The notes below the pieces were generated by a model that saw only the letters and a list, made by a program, of their open reading frames with translations, ran no database searches and was not told the origin of the DNA. Position numbers and translations under genes: made by a program. From Alphaproteobacteria bacterium MarineAlpha5_Bin9 (GTDB lineage: Bacteria; Pseudomonadota; Alphaproteobacteria; HIMB59; GCA-002718135), in assembly GCA_002937895.1 (NCBI GenBank), contig PTKV01000001.1, forward strand, positions 4,057-68,056: 64,000 bases of DNA, read 5' to 3'. Below are positions 52,063 through 62,376 of the stretch, one piece after another (position 1 is the first letter of the stretch; each line of letters starts with the position of its first letter).

Positions 52063-52578
52063 ATGAACACAAATAACAAGATTCACATTGCTGACTTTAA
52101 AGATCCCAAAGGGGTTAAAGGCCTTTTAAGAATAATAAGCTATACAAAAAATTTTCGATATTTTAATAAAAAGGGATGTTTAATCTATGAAAATAAACAA
52201 ATCAATTCAATTTTAAAAATTATTGAAGAGAAAAAAAATATTTTTATTGTACAGCTAAAAGATATTCTAGATAGAAAAGAAGCAGATTTTTTTAAAAATA
52301 AAAAAATTTATGTTGATAGAAAAAATTTCATTAATCAAAAAATGAATAAAAATGAATTTTACGCTGTTGATCTTCTAAATTGCTCTGTAAAAGATCATAA
52401 AAACATAGTTCTAGGAAAAATAAAAAGTGTTGAAAATTTTGGGGCTGGTGAATTATTAAATATAATAAAGAAAAATAAGAAAAGTTTTTTAATACCTTTT
52501 AATAAAGATAATATTTCATATGTAGATTTATTAAAAAAAAAGGTTGTAGTTACACCTTTAAGTGGACTATTAGACTAA
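52063..52578 (+). CDS. rimM: 16S rRNA processing protein RimM
   Basis: 171 aa. The call rests on the conserved rpsP-rimM-trmD-rplS order, plus G.KG..RI and FYAVDLL.C motifs. Confidence 0.85.
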   Translation: MNTNNKIHIADFKDPKGVKGLLRIISYTKNFRYFNKKGCLIYENKQINSILKIIEEKKNIFIVQLKDILDRKEADFFKNKKIYVDRKNFINQKMNKNEFYAVDLLNCSVKDHKNIVLGKIKSVENFGAGELLNIIKKNKKSFLIPFNKDNISYVDLLKKKVVVTPLSGLLD

Positions 52579-53276
52579 TGTTATCAGTTGTAATAATTAC
52601 AGCATATCCAAAAATGTTTCCCGGGGTATTAAGTCACTCAATAATTGGAAAAGCTTTAAGTGATGGAAAATGGAAACTAAATATTATTAATCTTCATGAT
52701 TATGGATATAACGCAAGAAAAAGTATTGACGATAAGCCTTTTGGAGGTGGACCTGGAATGGTTATTAGACCCGATGTAATTGAAAAAGCTTTAACTCTAA
52801 ATAAAAACTTATTTAATGAAAAATATACATTTATTTATTTATCACCCTCAGGTAATCCTCTAAAACAACATAATCTTGAACTATTCTCAAAAAAACAGGG
52901 TCTCGTCATACTCTGTGGTAGATTTGAAGGAGTTGATGCAAGAGTAATTGAAAAATATCAATTTAATTCAATAAGTATGGGTGATTATATACTAAATGGA
53001 GGTGAAGTTGCCGCTCAAGCTCTAGTTGAAGGTTGTATTAGACTAATTCCTGGAGTATTAGGACATTCTGATAGTATTTTAGAGGAAAGTTTTTCAAACA
53101 ATCTTCTAGAACATCCTCATTATACAAGACCTAAAAATTGGCTTGATAATGATGGGAAAGTTCATAGTGTCCCTGAAGTATTAATTTCAGGACATCATGA
53201 AGATATAAAACAATGGAGAAAAAAAAAGTCTGAAGAAATAACTAAAAAAATTAGATCAGATTTAATAAAGAAATGA
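52578..53276 (+). CDS. trmD: tRNA (guanine37-N1)-methyltransferase
   Basis: 232 aa. [43 protein letters not shown]. Confidence 0.96.
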   Translation: MLSVVIITAYPKMFPGVLSHSIIGKALSDGKWKLNIINLHDYGYNARKSIDDKPFGGGPGMVIRPDVIEKALTLNKNLFNEKYTFIYLSPSGNPLKQHNLELFSKKQGLVILCGRFEGVDARVIEKYQFNSISMGDYILNGGEVAAQALVEGCIRLIPGVLGHSDSILEESFSNNLLEHPHYTRPKNWLDNDGKVHSVPEVLISGHHEDIKQWRKKKSEEITKKIRSDLIKK

Positions 53277-53851
53277 AAAATTTAATAGAAATATATGAAA
53301 AAAAGCAAATTGAAAAACTAGTTGCTAATAAAAGAATTCCCACATTTCGTTCAGGTGACACTCTTAAAGTAACAATAAAAATTGTAGAAGGAGAAAGATC
53401 ACGATTACAATCTTTTGAGGGGGTTTGTATAGCTAGAAAAAATAATGGTTTAAATTCAAACATAACTGTAAGAAAGCTATCTCATGGTGAAGGTGTTGAA
53501 AGAATAATTCCTTTATTTAGTCCTTCAATTGATAAAATTGAAGTTCTAAGAAAAGGAGATGTAAAAAGATCAAAATTATATTATTTAAGAAAAAGAAAAG
53601 GGAAAAGTGCACGTATCAATGATAGAGATAGAGGCAATGAAAAAGATCAATACGAACTAAAAGAAGAAATAGTGAAAGACCAATCTCCTGAAAAAAACAT
53701 AGAAACTAAAGATAGCTCAAATGTTGAAAAGAAAATTGAAATAAAAGAAGATAAACCTCAGCAAAAAGATGAGAATAATACAACTAAAGAAGAACAATCT
53801 GAATTATCTTCTAAAAAAATAGATAAATCAGAAAATGAAACAAAATCATAA
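53273..53851 (+). CDS. rplS: 50S ribosomal protein L19 with an acidic/Lys-rich C-terminal extension
   Basis: The core [12 protein letters not shown]...[29 protein letters not shown]...[11 protein letters not shown] is canonical L19. About 75 extra C-terminal residues are low complexity (E/K/N/S). Confidence 0.94.
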   Translation: MKNLIEIYEKKQIEKLVANKRIPTFRSGDTLKVTIKIVEGERSRLQSFEGVCIARKNNGLNSNITVRKLSHGEGVERIIPLFSPSIDKIEVLRKGDVKRSKLYYLRKRKGKSARINDRDRGNEKDQYELKEEIVKDQSPEKNIETKDSSNVEKKIEIKEDKPQQKDENNTTKEEQSELSSKKIDKSENETKS

Positions 53852-55247
53852 TCCTTTAACTTTATTTGATAAGATTTGGAATAACCATCTTATTGATCAA
53901 CAAGAAGATGGCACATGTCTTCTATATATAGATAGACATTTAATTCATGAAGTAACAAGTCCGCAAGCTTTTGAAGGTTTAAAAAACAATAAAAGAAATG
54001 TTAGAAGGCCAAATCAAACTTTTGCAGTTGCTGACCATAATGTTCCAACAACAAATAGAGATAAAATTATTGAAGATGAAGAAAGTAGAATTCAAGTTGA
54101 AGTGCTTGAAAAAAATTGTAAAGATTTTAACATTACGTTTTTTCCTCTAAATGACAAAAGGCAAGGAATTGTTCACATAATTGGCCCCGAACAAGGTATC
54201 ACTCAACCTGGAATGACAATAGTTTGTGGAGATAGTCACACTTCAACTCATGGAGCTTTTGGAGCATTAGCATTTGGAATAGGGACTAGCGAGGTAGAGC
54301 ATGTTTTGGCCACCCAAACACTTATTCAAAAACCTGCAAAAAATATGAGAATTAATGTAGTTGGCGAACTAAATAAAGGTGTAACTTCAAAAGACATAAT
54401 TCTCAATATTATTGGAAATATTGGAACAGCTGGAGGAACAGGTTATGTTATTGAATATTCTGGAGATATAATATCAAAACTGAGTATGGAATCAAGAATG
54501 ACAATTTGCAATATGAGTATTGAAGCTGGAGCTAGAGCAGGATTAATAGCTCCAGATGAAAAAACCTTTAATTATATAAAAGGAAGAGAACATGCCCCAA
54601 AAGGACAAAACTGGGAAAAGGCTCTTGCATATTGGAAAACTTTGCCATCTGATGAAAATGCAGTATATGCAAAAGAAATCAGTATTAATGGAACTAATAT
54701 TTTACCTCAAGTTACCTGGGGCACAAGTCCACAAGATGTCACTTCTGTTAATGGTAAAGTTCCGGATCCTAAAAAAATACAAGATCCACTAAAAAGAAAA
54801 TCTGTAGAAAGATCTTTAGAATACATGGGTTTAGAACCTAACCAAAAAATAAATTCTTTAAAGTTAGATAAAGTTTTTATAGGTTCATGTACTAATGGTA
54901 GAATTGAAGATTTAAGAGAGGTTGCAAATATAGTAAAAGGTAAGAAAGTACATTCTGATGTCCATGCTTTAATAGTTCCTGGATCAGGACTAGTAAAAAT
55001 TCAAGCAGAAGAGGAAGGATTGGATAAAATTTTAATTGAAGCTGGTTTTGACTGGAGAGAGCCAGGTTGCTCAATGTGCCTAGGTATGAATCCAGATCAA
55101 TTGAAACCTAAAGAAAGATGTGCTTCTACGTCAAACAGAAATTTTGAAGGTAGACAAGGACGAGAGGGTAGAACTCACTTAGTTAGTCCTTCAATTGCTG
55201 CTGCTTCAGCGTTGATAGGTAAAATTTCAGGAGTGGATGAATTATAA
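53835..55247 (+). CDS. leuC: 3-isopropylmalate dehydratase large subunit
   Basis: 470 aa. [19 protein letters not shown], and the Fe-S Cys contexts GSCTNGR and GCSMCLG. Confidence 0.97.
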   Translation: MKQNHNPLTLFDKIWNNHLIDQQEDGTCLLYIDRHLIHEVTSPQAFEGLKNNKRNVRRPNQTFAVADHNVPTTNRDKIIEDEESRIQVEVLEKNCKDFNITFFPLNDKRQGIVHIIGPEQGITQPGMTIVCGDSHTSTHGAFGALAFGIGTSEVEHVLATQTLIQKPAKNMRINVVGELNKGVTSKDIILNIIGNIGTAGGTGYVIEYSGDIISKLSMESRMTICNMSIEAGARAGLIAPDEKTFNYIKGREHAPKGQNWEKALAYWKTLPSDENAVYAKEISINGTNILPQVTWGTSPQDVTSVNGKVPDPKKIQDPLKRKSVERSLEYMGLEPNQKINSLKLDKVFIGSCTNGRIEDLREVANIVKGKKVHSDVHALIVPGSGLVKIQAEEEGLDKILIEAGFDWREPGCSMCLGMNPDQLKPKERCASTSNRNFEGRQGREGRTHLVSPSIAAASALIGKISGVDEL

Positions 55248-55248
55248 T

Positions 55249-55851
55249 ATGAAAAAATTTATAAATCTTAAAAGTATTCCTGCATCTCTTCCTATGATTA
55301 ATGTTGATACAGACATGATAATCCCTAAACAATTTTTAAAAACTATTAAAAGATCAGGATTAGGTAAAAATCTTTTTTATGAACTTAGATACGATCTTCA
55401 AGGCAATATTAAAAATGATTTCGTATTAAATTGGGATCCATATAAATCTTCTAAAATTTTAATTGCTGGAGATAATTTTGGGTGTGGCTCTAGTAGAGAG
55501 CATGCCCCTTGGTCTTTATTAGATTTTGGTATAAGATGTATTATTTCAACTAGTTTTGCAGACATTTTTTTTAATAACTGTTTTAAAAATGGAATTCTTC
55601 CAATTGTTTTAAAATCAGATTCTATAGATAAACTCACTTCTGATGCTGAAAAAAAGATAGAGATTGAAATAGATCTAAAAAATCAAAAAATTTTAAGATC
55701 AAATAATAATGATATTAAATTTGATATAGATCAATTTAGAAAAAAATGCCTTATAGAAGGTCTTGATGACATAGGTTTAACATTAGAAAAAATAAAAAAC
55801 ATTGATATTTACGAGGATAAGCATCATCATAATTTTCCATGGCTAACTTAA
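55249..55851 (+). CDS. leuD: 3-isopropylmalate dehydratase small subunit
   Basis: [46 protein letters not shown]. The track offers an earlier ATG at 55237, overlapping leuC. ATG 55249 (TAATATG context) fits the conserved LeuD N-terminus. Confidence 0.93.
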   Translation: MKKFINLKSIPASLPMINVDTDMIIPKQFLKTIKRSGLGKNLFYELRYDLQGNIKNDFVLNWDPYKSSKILIAGDNFGCGSSREHAPWSLLDFGIRCIISTSFADIFFNNCFKNGILPIVLKSDSIDKLTSDAEKKIEIEIDLKNQKILRSNNNDIKFDIDQFRKKCLIEGLDDIGLTLEKIKNIDIYEDKHHHNFPWLT

Positions 55852-55858
55852 ATTTTTT

Positions 55859-56974
55859 ATGAATAAAAATAGAAAAATTTTAGTTTTAGCAGGAGATGGA
55901 ATAGGTCCGGAGGTGATGAAAGAAGTTCTTTTAATAAATAAATGGTTAGATAAAAATTTTAAAACTAACTTTGAAATATCTGAAAGATTAGTCGGTGGTG
56001 CTGCTTATGATGCTGAAGGAGACTCAATTAGTGATGCTACAATAGAGGAAGCATTAAATTCAGACGCAGTTCTTTTTGGAGCAGTAGGTGGGGATAAGTG
56101 GAATGATGTTAAAAGAGAAAAAAGACCGGAAGCAGCACTACTTCGTCTAAGAAAAGAAATGGATTTATTTGCAAATCTTAGGCCTGCTATTGCATTCGAT
56201 GCTTTAACTAAAAGCTCATCTCTCAAAGAAAATTTGATTAAGGGATTAGATATTCTTATTGTTAGAGAGTTAACAAGTGGTGTATATTTTGGAAAACCCA
56301 AAGGCATAGAAACGTTAAAAAATAATGAAAAAAAAGCTGTTGATACTCAAAGTTATTCAACTTCAGAAATTAAAAGAATTGCCGAAATTGGTTTTGATTT
56401 GTCAAAAAAACGAAATAAAGTAGTAACCTCTGTTGACAAAGCAAATGTTATGGAAACAGGTTTATTATGGAGAAATATAGTAAATGAAGTACATGCAGAA
56501 AAGTACAATGATATAGATTTAAGTCATATGTATGCAGATAATTGTGCTATGCAACTTGTAAGAAACCCAAAACAATTCGATGTAATTATCACTGATAATT
56601 TATTTGGTGATATATTAAGTGATTGTGCTGCAATGTTAACAGGTTCATTAGGAATGCTCCCTTCAGCTTCCCTAGGTGCTATAAATATAGAAGGAAAACG
56701 TTTAGGAATGTATGAACCAGTTCATGGTAGTGCTCCAGATATAGCTGGAAAAGATATTGCGAATCCTTTAGCAATGATTTTAAGTTTTTCAATGATGTTA
56801 AATTATAGCTTTAATATGATTGAAGAAAGCTCAATGATTGATAAAGCAGTCCAATCTGTCTTAGCCAAAGGAAATAGAACTAAAGATATCGCAGAAAAAT
56901 CAGAAAACTATATTTCTACAAGCTCAATGGGAATGTTGTTAATAGAAGAGTTAAATAAAATATTAGAAAGCTAG
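55859..56974 (+). CDS. leuB: 3-isopropylmalate dehydrogenase
   Basis: 371 aa. [42 protein letters not shown]. Confidence 0.97.
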   Translation: MNKNRKILVLAGDGIGPEVMKEVLLINKWLDKNFKTNFEISERLVGGAAYDAEGDSISDATIEEALNSDAVLFGAVGGDKWNDVKREKRPEAALLRLRKEMDLFANLRPAIAFDALTKSSSLKENLIKGLDILIVRELTSGVYFGKPKGIETLKNNEKKAVDTQSYSTSEIKRIAEIGFDLSKKRNKVVTSVDKANVMETGLLWRNIVNEVHAEKYNDIDLSHMYADNCAMQLVRNPKQFDVIITDNLFGDILSDCAAMLTGSLGMLPSASLGAINIEGKRLGMYEPVHGSAPDIAGKDIANPLAMILSFSMMLNYSFNMIEESSMIDKAVQSVLAKGNRTKDIAEKSENYISTSSMGMLLIEELNKILES

Positions 56975-56975
56975 T

Positions 56976-58013
56976 ATGGTTAATAAATATAATATAGCTG
57001 TAGTCGGTGCGACAGGGAATGTAGGAAGGGAAATATTAAGCATACTTGAAGAAAGAAATTTTCCGATAGATAAATTACATTGTCTTGCATCATCTAAATC
57101 TAAAGGAAAAAAAATAGAATTTAATAAAAAATCAATATTTGTACAAGATTTAAAAGAATTTAATTTTGATAATATAAATATAGCTTTGTTCTCCCCAGGA
57201 TCTAAAATTTCTTCAATTTATGCCCCTATTGCAGCTAAAAAAGGTTGTATAGTAATAGATAATACCTCTTTTTTTAGAATGAATAATGATGTTCCTTTAA
57301 TAGTTCCTGAAGTTAATGGAAAAGATTTAGATGATTTTTTTAAAAACGAAAAAAGAAATAATATTATTTCTAATCCAAACTGCTCTACCATACAAATGGT
57401 AATGGCTTTGAAACCTATTCATGATAAAGCAATGATAAAAAGAATAGTAGTTTCTACTTATCAATCAGTTTCAGGAGCCGGCAAAGAAGGAATGGACGAA
57501 TTATTTGAACAAACAAAAAACATTTATGCAAATAAAAATATAAATAAAAAAAAATTTACAAAACAAATAGCATTTAATGTTATTCCTCACATTGACGATT
57601 TTTTAGATAATGGTAACACTAAAGAAGAACAAAAAATGATCGATGAAACTAAAAAAATATTGGAATCAAATATAGAAATTAGTGCTACATGTGTGAGAGT
57701 TCCCATTTTTATTGGTCATTCAGAATCAGTAAACCTACAATTAAAAAATAAATTGTCAGAAAAAGAAGTTGTAAAAGTTCTATCTAAATTTCAAGGTGTT
57801 TCAGTAATAGATTATAGGAAAGATGAAGGTTATGTAACTCCTGTAGAAGCAGCTGGTGAAGATAAAGTCTACGTGAGCAGAATAAGAGAAGATAAAAGTA
57901 CAATTAACGGTTTAAATTTATGGGTAGTTTCTGATAATCTAAGAAAAGGTGCTGCTTTAAATGCAGTACAAATAGCAGAGCTAGTTATTGAAGACTATAA
58001 TAAATATATTTAA
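56976..58013 (+). CDS. asd: aspartate-semialdehyde dehydrogenase
   Basis: 345 aa. VVGATGNVGRE, active-site SNPNCSTI, YQSVSGAG, DNLRKGAALNAVQIAE. Confidence 0.96.
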   Translation: MVNKYNIAVVGATGNVGREILSILEERNFPIDKLHCLASSKSKGKKIEFNKKSIFVQDLKEFNFDNINIALFSPGSKISSIYAPIAAKKGCIVIDNTSFFRMNNDVPLIVPEVNGKDLDDFFKNEKRNNIISNPNCSTIQMVMALKPIHDKAMIKRIVVSTYQSVSGAGKEGMDELFEQTKNIYANKNINKKKFTKQIAFNVIPHIDDFLDNGNTKEEQKMIDETKKILESNIEISATCVRVPIFIGHSESVNLQLKNKLSEKEVVKVLSKFQGVSVIDYRKDEGYVTPVEAAGEDKVYVSRIREDKSTINGLNLWVVSDNLRKGAALNAVQIAELVIEDYNKYI

Positions 58014-58022
58014 GATGTTTTT

Positions 58023-58367
58023 TCAGAAATTATTAAAAATTTGAGAATAAATGATTTTACCATTTTTAATCTTGTGCATGTGTAAAAAATCACCTTCAAT
58101 TTGATCTGACCTATCTCTTCCTTTAACAAAAACTGTATCACCAGAACAATAAATCTCTTGAAGATGTATATGCAGAGCAATTTGAAGTATATTTTCTTTT
58201 ATTTTTTTGTGACCCATTGTAGTTTTTTTATTTTTTTTTAGTTTAGCATTATCATCATAGTAAGATAAAACTTTATCTAGATCTTTAAATCGAAGATAGG
58301 TATATAGTTTTTTTATAATTATCTCAGGCTCTCTTACATACATCCCAAGGGCAGACTCTATTATCAT
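58023..58367 (-). CDS. hypothetical small protein (possibly NTF2/SnoaL-like)
   Basis: 114 aa, no recognisable catalytic motif. The C-terminal ...HKIKNGKIIYSQIF resembles SnoaL-type ends. Coding status is inferred from ORF length only. Confidence 0.35.
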   Translation of the reverse strand: MIIESALGMYVREPEIIIKKLYTYLRFKDLDKVLSYYDDNAKLKKNKKTTMGHKKIKENILQIALHIHLQEIYCSGDTVFVKGRDRSDQIEGDFLHMHKIKNGKIIYSQIFNNF

Positions 58368-58573
58368 TGTATTTCTCTAAATTTTTTAATTATTATTGCT
58401 TTATTAATAAAAATTTATTTAAAAAAAAATAGGAAATTTTGTTTTTTTGATAAAATTCGGTATAATATTTTATAAATTAAAAATAATACCGAAAATTATT
58501 CTTTAAAATAAAGTATTTATAAAATATTTGAAAAATATTCTTTTATATATATTAAATTAGAGAAAGAATACTT

Positions 58574-58602
58574 TTGATGTAACTAACATTAATTTTTATT
58601 AA
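58574..58602 (+). promoter_or_regulatory. sigma-70-like promoter candidate for the tRNA gene
   Basis: TTGATG (58574-79), a 17-nt spacer, then TATTAA (58597-602). The mature tRNA 5' end (58609) lies 7 nt after the -10 element. Confidence 0.35.
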
Positions 58603-58608
58603 AAATGT

Positions 58609-58683
58609 GGTCTCGTGGTGAAATGGATATCACATTAGTCTTCGGAACTAAGATTCTAGGTTCAAATCCTAGCGAGACTGCCA
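58609..58683 (+). tRNA. tRNA-Arg (anticodon UCG), CCA encoded
   Basis: Hand-folded cloverleaf. Acceptor GGTCTCG/CGAGACT (G1-U72 wobble). D arm GTGA-AATGGATA-TCAC. Anticodon arm TTAGT-CTTCGGA-ACTAA. 4-nt variable loop. T arm CTAGG-TTCAAAT-CCTAG. Discriminator G followed by CCA. Confidence 0.85.
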
Positions 58684-59301
58684 TTAAATATAATTATTAA
58701 AACTACCGTCGTATACTATTTTTCCATTGTCTAATAAAATAAAATCATCAGCTATATATTTTGCTAATTTTAAATCATGAAGAATACAAATTATTGTTTT
58801 ATTATTTTTTTTCTCTTCAAGAATTAAATCTATAAATTTTTTATCACTTTCAATATCAAGATTCTGATTAGGTTCATCCATAAATATAACTTCTTGATCA
58901 AAACTCATTAATCTAGATAATGATAATTTTTGTCTTTCTCCTTTGGAAATTTTTTTTATTGAATTATATTTAATTTTGTTAAGATTAAATTTATTATACC
59001 AACTTAAGTTTGGTTTAGTATTTTTTATTTTACTAAGTATTTCAAAGTTATATTTTACTGTATTGTCAAAAAGAACTGGATTTTGAAATAACATTGGAAT
59101 GGGACTATTAAAATTTCTAACTAATTCTCCTGAAATTGGTTTTATTAGATCGTTGATTGTTCTTAATAAAGTACTTTTACCAGATCCATTTTTTCCAGAA
59201 ATAACAGTAGTTATATTTTTTTTTATTTCAGTAGATACATTTTTTAAAATATATTTATCAGTTAATTTAATATCCAGATTTGTAATTTTACATAGCTTCA
59301 T
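58684..59301 (-). CDS. ABC transporter ATP-binding protein (TupC-like, short)
   Basis: 205 aa. Walker A GKNGSGKST, Q-loop LFQNP, degenerate signature ISKGERQ, Walker B VIFMDEP, H-loop ILHD. The stop codon abuts the tRNA 3' end. Confidence 0.85.
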   Translation of the reverse strand: MKLCKITNLDIKLTDKYILKNVSTEIKKNITTVISGKNGSGKSTLLRTINDLIKPISGELVRNFNSPIPMLFQNPVLFDNTVKYNFEILSKIKNTKPNLSWYNKFNLNKIKYNSIKKISKGERQKLSLSRLMSFDQEVIFMDEPNQNLDIESDKKFIDLILEEKKNNKTIICILHDLKLAKYIADDFILLDNGKIVYDGSFNNYI

Positions 59302-59933
59302 TTATTAAACTTTATATTACTAAATATAGAAATTATAAAAGAAATAATAATTAAAACTATTCCTAGCTGAATAGCAAAACCAATATTCCCCTTTGCAGTT
59401 TCTAAACTAATAGAAGTTGTCATATTGCGAGTAACTTGATCGATTGAACCACCTACTATTGCTGCTGCACCATATTCACTTATTGCTCTTCCAAAACCAA
59501 TTATAAAAATTGTTAAATATATTCTATATTTGTTTATTAATAATAGACTAAATATATTAAGAAAATTTGCGCCATAAGCATATAATTCTTCTTCAAATAA
59601 AGGATACTCTTCTTGAATATTCCTTATAATTAGTGAAATCATTATTGGCATAATAATAATAGTTTGTGCAATTATCATTGCTGAAGGAGTATATAACAAC
59701 CCCAACCAACCCAAAGGACCAGAGCGACTTACTATTAAATAGCAGATTAAACCTGCACATACAGGTGGAATTGAAGTAAAAGCATTAATTATTGAAATAA
59801 CCATATTTTTAAAAAAAAATTTTTTTATTGCTATATAAAATCCAATAACAAGACTTAAGATTAATGATATTATAGAAGATATAATACTTACATATAAAGA
59901 TATAAATATTGCATCAAAAATATTAAGAGTCAT
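59298..59933 (-). CDS. ABC transporter permease (TupB-like)
   Basis: 211 aa, five to six TM helices. Carries an EAA-like loop (GFGRAISEYGAAAIVGG). 4-bp overlap with the ATPase gene. Confidence 0.75.
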   Translation of the reverse strand: MTLNIFDAIFISLYVSIISSIISLILSLVIGFYIAIKKFFFKNMVISIINAFTSIPPVCAGLICYLIVSRSGPLGWLGLLYTPSAMIIAQTIIIMPIMISLIIRNIQEEYPLFEEELYAYGANFLNIFSLLLINKYRIYLTIFIIGFGRAISEYGAAAIVGGSIDQVTRNMTTSISLETAKGNIGFAIQLGIVLIIISFIISIFSNIKFNK

Positions 59934-59934
59934 A

Positions 59935-60735
59935 TTATTTTAAATTAAAAAAGAGTTGTTCTCCATTTATATTAAATTTATTAATTACATCCATTCCTTT
60001 ATTGCTTAAAATCCAATTAATAAATAAATTTGCATTATCATACTGAACATGTGGGAATATCTCTGGATTTACTATAATTAAACTATATGGATTGATTAAT
60101 TCTGGATCATCTTCGAAAAGAATACTCAAATTTTTTTTATTATTAAAGGATAGCCATGTTCCCCTGTCTGTTAATGTATATGCTTGCATTTCATAAGCCA
60201 TATTTAAAGTTGATCCCATACCTTGTCCATTTTTCAAATACCAGCTATTTTCTTTATCTATATTAACACCAGCTTTTTTCCACAATTGTTTTTCTTTTAA
60301 ATGAGTACCAGAATTATCATCCCTTGATAAAAAAAAATTTTTACCTTTATAAATTTTTTTCATAACATCATTAATATTTTTAATAGATTTTATTCCTAAA
60401 GGATCATTTTCAGGTCCAATAATTACATAGTCATTATACATGAATTGAATCCTTTTAAGTCCATATCCTTCTGCAACAAAACTAATTTCTTGTTTTGGAG
60501 AATGTATAAGTAATAAATCTGCATCGCCATTTTTGGCATTTTTAATTGCTTGTCCAGTTCCCACAGCTACCACTCTTAATTCTATATTATATTCTTTTTC
60601 AAATTCATTTTTTAATATTTGTAACAAACCTGAATTATCAGTGCTTGTAGTAGATTGAAGAATTAAATAATTTCTTGCTAAAACTATATTGGAAAAAAGA
60701 ATTGATATTGATAGTAAAATTAATATTTTTTTCAT
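59935..60735 (-). CDS. periplasmic oxyanion-binding protein, tungstate-type (TupA-like)
   Basis: 266 aa with a signal peptide. STTSTDNSGLLQIL, AVGTGQAIKNAKNGDADLLLIHSP, MYNDYVIIGPENDP, SRDDNSGTHLKE, GQGMGSTL and TLTDRGTW match my recollection of the TupA (COG2998) pattern. Confidence 0.6.
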   Translation of the reverse strand: MKKILILLSISILFSNIVLARNYLILQSTTSTDNSGLLQILKNEFEKEYNIELRVVAVGTGQAIKNAKNGDADLLLIHSPKQEISFVAEGYGLKRIQFMYNDYVIIGPENDPLGIKSIKNINDVMKKIYKGKNFFLSRDDNSGTHLKEKQLWKKAGVNIDKENSWYLKNGQGMGSTLNMAYEMQAYTLTDRGTWLSFNNKKNLSILFEDDPELINPYSLIIVNPEIFPHVQYDNANLFINWILSNKGMDVINKFNINGEQLFFNLK

Positions 60736-60807
60736 GGTTTTTTTAAAACTATTTTTATATATTTTATTTATTTTTTTTATATAAACATTATTATTGGGAT
60801 TGTTTAA

Positions 60808-61776
60808 ATGAATATCTTAGATAAAGAATTGCGAAAATTTTGTGTCGCTCCAATGATGGGATACACCACTCAACATGCCAGGAATTTATATAGAATTTTA
60901 TCAAAAAAAGCATATTTATTCTCTGAAATGATAACTTGCAAAACTCTTATACATTCTAAAAAAACGGATTATTTTTTAGAAAATAAGAATCAAAATCCAG
61001 TTGCTCTACAAGTAGGTGGTTGTGATATTGAAGATTTAATCAAATGTTGCAAACTAGCGGCAAAACATAAATTTAATGAAATAAATTTAAATCTTGGATG
61101 CCCTAGTAAGGCTGTACAAAATGGCAAGTTCGGTGCTTGCTTGATGAAAAATAAAGACTTGGTTTTGGATTGTCTTAAATCAATGAAGGATAGTGCTGAT
61201 ATAGAAGTTTCATTTAAGTGTAGATTGGGTGTAGATAGTTTTGATTCATATGATTTTTTCAGTGATTTTATTGGAACAACCACTTCAAGCGGTGTTAATA
61301 TTGTTTATGTACATGCAAGAAAAGCAATTTTAAAAGGATTGAATCCAAAAAAAAATAGGAGTGTGCCTCCACTCAATTATAAATATGTTTCAAAAATAAA
61401 AAAAGATTTTCCACAAATAAACTTTATTTTAAATGGTGGTATAAAAAATTTAGAAGAAGCCAAAACTTTAAGCAATAGTTTTGATGGAGTTATGATTGGA
61501 AGATTAATACAAACTGATCCTTTTTGTCTTTCAAATGTTGATAATATGTTTTTTGATCATCAAAAAAATACAATCAACTTAAATAACATTGTAAGTGAAT
61601 ATTTTTTATATATAAAAAAACAACTTAAAAATGAATCAATTTATAAACTTCTTAGTCCATTAATGGGGGTTTTCTTTGCAAAACCTTTTGGAAAAAAAAT
61701 TAAGTCAGAAATTCATAATGCAATTAAAGACAATAAAATTGATCAACTAGAAAAATTTATTTTAAATAGTATTTAG
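60808..61776 (+). CDS. dusA: tRNA-dihydrouridine synthase A
   Basis: 322 aa. FCVAPMMGYT N-terminus, NLNLGCPS (catalytic Cys), HARKA, NGGI. Confidence 0.9.
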   Translation: MNILDKELRKFCVAPMMGYTTQHARNLYRILSKKAYLFSEMITCKTLIHSKKTDYFLENKNQNPVALQVGGCDIEDLIKCCKLAAKHKFNEINLNLGCPSKAVQNGKFGACLMKNKDLVLDCLKSMKDSADIEVSFKCRLGVDSFDSYDFFSDFIGTTTSSGVNIVYVHARKAILKGLNPKKNRSVPPLNYKYVSKIKKDFPQINFILNGGIKNLEEAKTLSNSFDGVMIGRLIQTDPFCLSNVDNMFFDHQKNTINLNNIVSEYFLYIKKQLKNESIYKLLSPLMGVFFAKPFGKKIKSEIHNAIKDNKIDQLEKFILNSI

Positions 61777-61790
61777 TTTATTAAAATTGA

Positions 61791-62318
61791 TTAATAAGGA
61801 ATTTGATATACAAAATTAATAATTTCTACTCCTGGGTTTTTATCTCCCAAATTAGCATTTGAAATATGACTAAAAGAAATTCCAATTCTGCTTTTATTTT
61901 TAAGTTGGTAAGTAAATTCTAAACTTGTTCTAAATTCTATATCATTACCTAGTTTTTTTCCATCACCTTCATCATAGTAACCTATAGAAAAGCTTGGGGT
62001 AAAAATAAAGTTAGATGATTTACCTGTAAGCATATCTCCAGCATCATCTTCTAAATATATGCCTGCTAATATGTATGATGCAGAATCTGAAGTTGCCTCA
62101 ATTCCGAAAAGAGGTTTTAATTCAAAAAAATCATAACTTTCTGGACCAATTGTCAAAAGAGAATAATCTAATCTCTTTTCAAATCTTAAATCCAAGGCTT
62201 GATTTGTTTCACTTCCATCAAACTTAATATCATAAACACCCAAGCCAAAAACATTATAACCCCCAGCAAAAACTGATCCTGAAAATAAAAAAATTGCTAT
62301 AAATATAAATTTTCTCAT
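61791..62318 (-). CDS. outer-membrane beta-barrel acyloxyacyl hydrolase (PagL-like lipid A deacylase family)
   Basis: 175 aa. Signal peptide, alternating beta-strand pattern, conserved SFSHISNANLG (His...Ser) near the C-terminus, and a terminal aromatic residue. Confidence 0.6.
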   Translation of the reverse strand: MRKFIFIAIFLFSGSVFAGGYNVFGLGVYDIKFDGSETNQALDLRFEKRLDYSLLTIGPESYDFFELKPLFGIEATSDSASYILAGIYLEDDAGDMLTGKSSNFIFTPSFSIGYYDEGDGKKLGNDIEFRTSLEFTYQLKNKSRIGISFSHISNANLGDKNPGVEIINFVYQIPY

Positions 62319-62376
62319 AGAAGTAGCAATTTAATCATATATTTAAAATATAAGCAAATTAATTCATAGGCTTTCT

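Noticed and set aside
51651-52079. Minus-strand ORFs (142 aa and 82 aa) with striking repetitive FASGF/LLSLL sequence
   Set aside because: They are antisense read-outs of the rpsP 36-bp tandem repeat. Periodicity alone creates the long open frames.
58456-58493. Hairpin TTCGGTAT…ATACCGAA (8 bp, 22-nt loop) in the spacer upstream of the tRNA
   Set aside because: It is short, has a large A/U loop and no flanking U-tract, and is not positioned after any gene it could terminate. Not enough to call a feature.
58368-60807. Possibility that the tup operon is a genomic island integrated at the tRNA-Arg gene or at dusA
   Set aside because: No integrase or recombinase gene, no direct repeat of the tRNA 3' end in the 60736-60807 spacer, and no compositional shift visible by eye.
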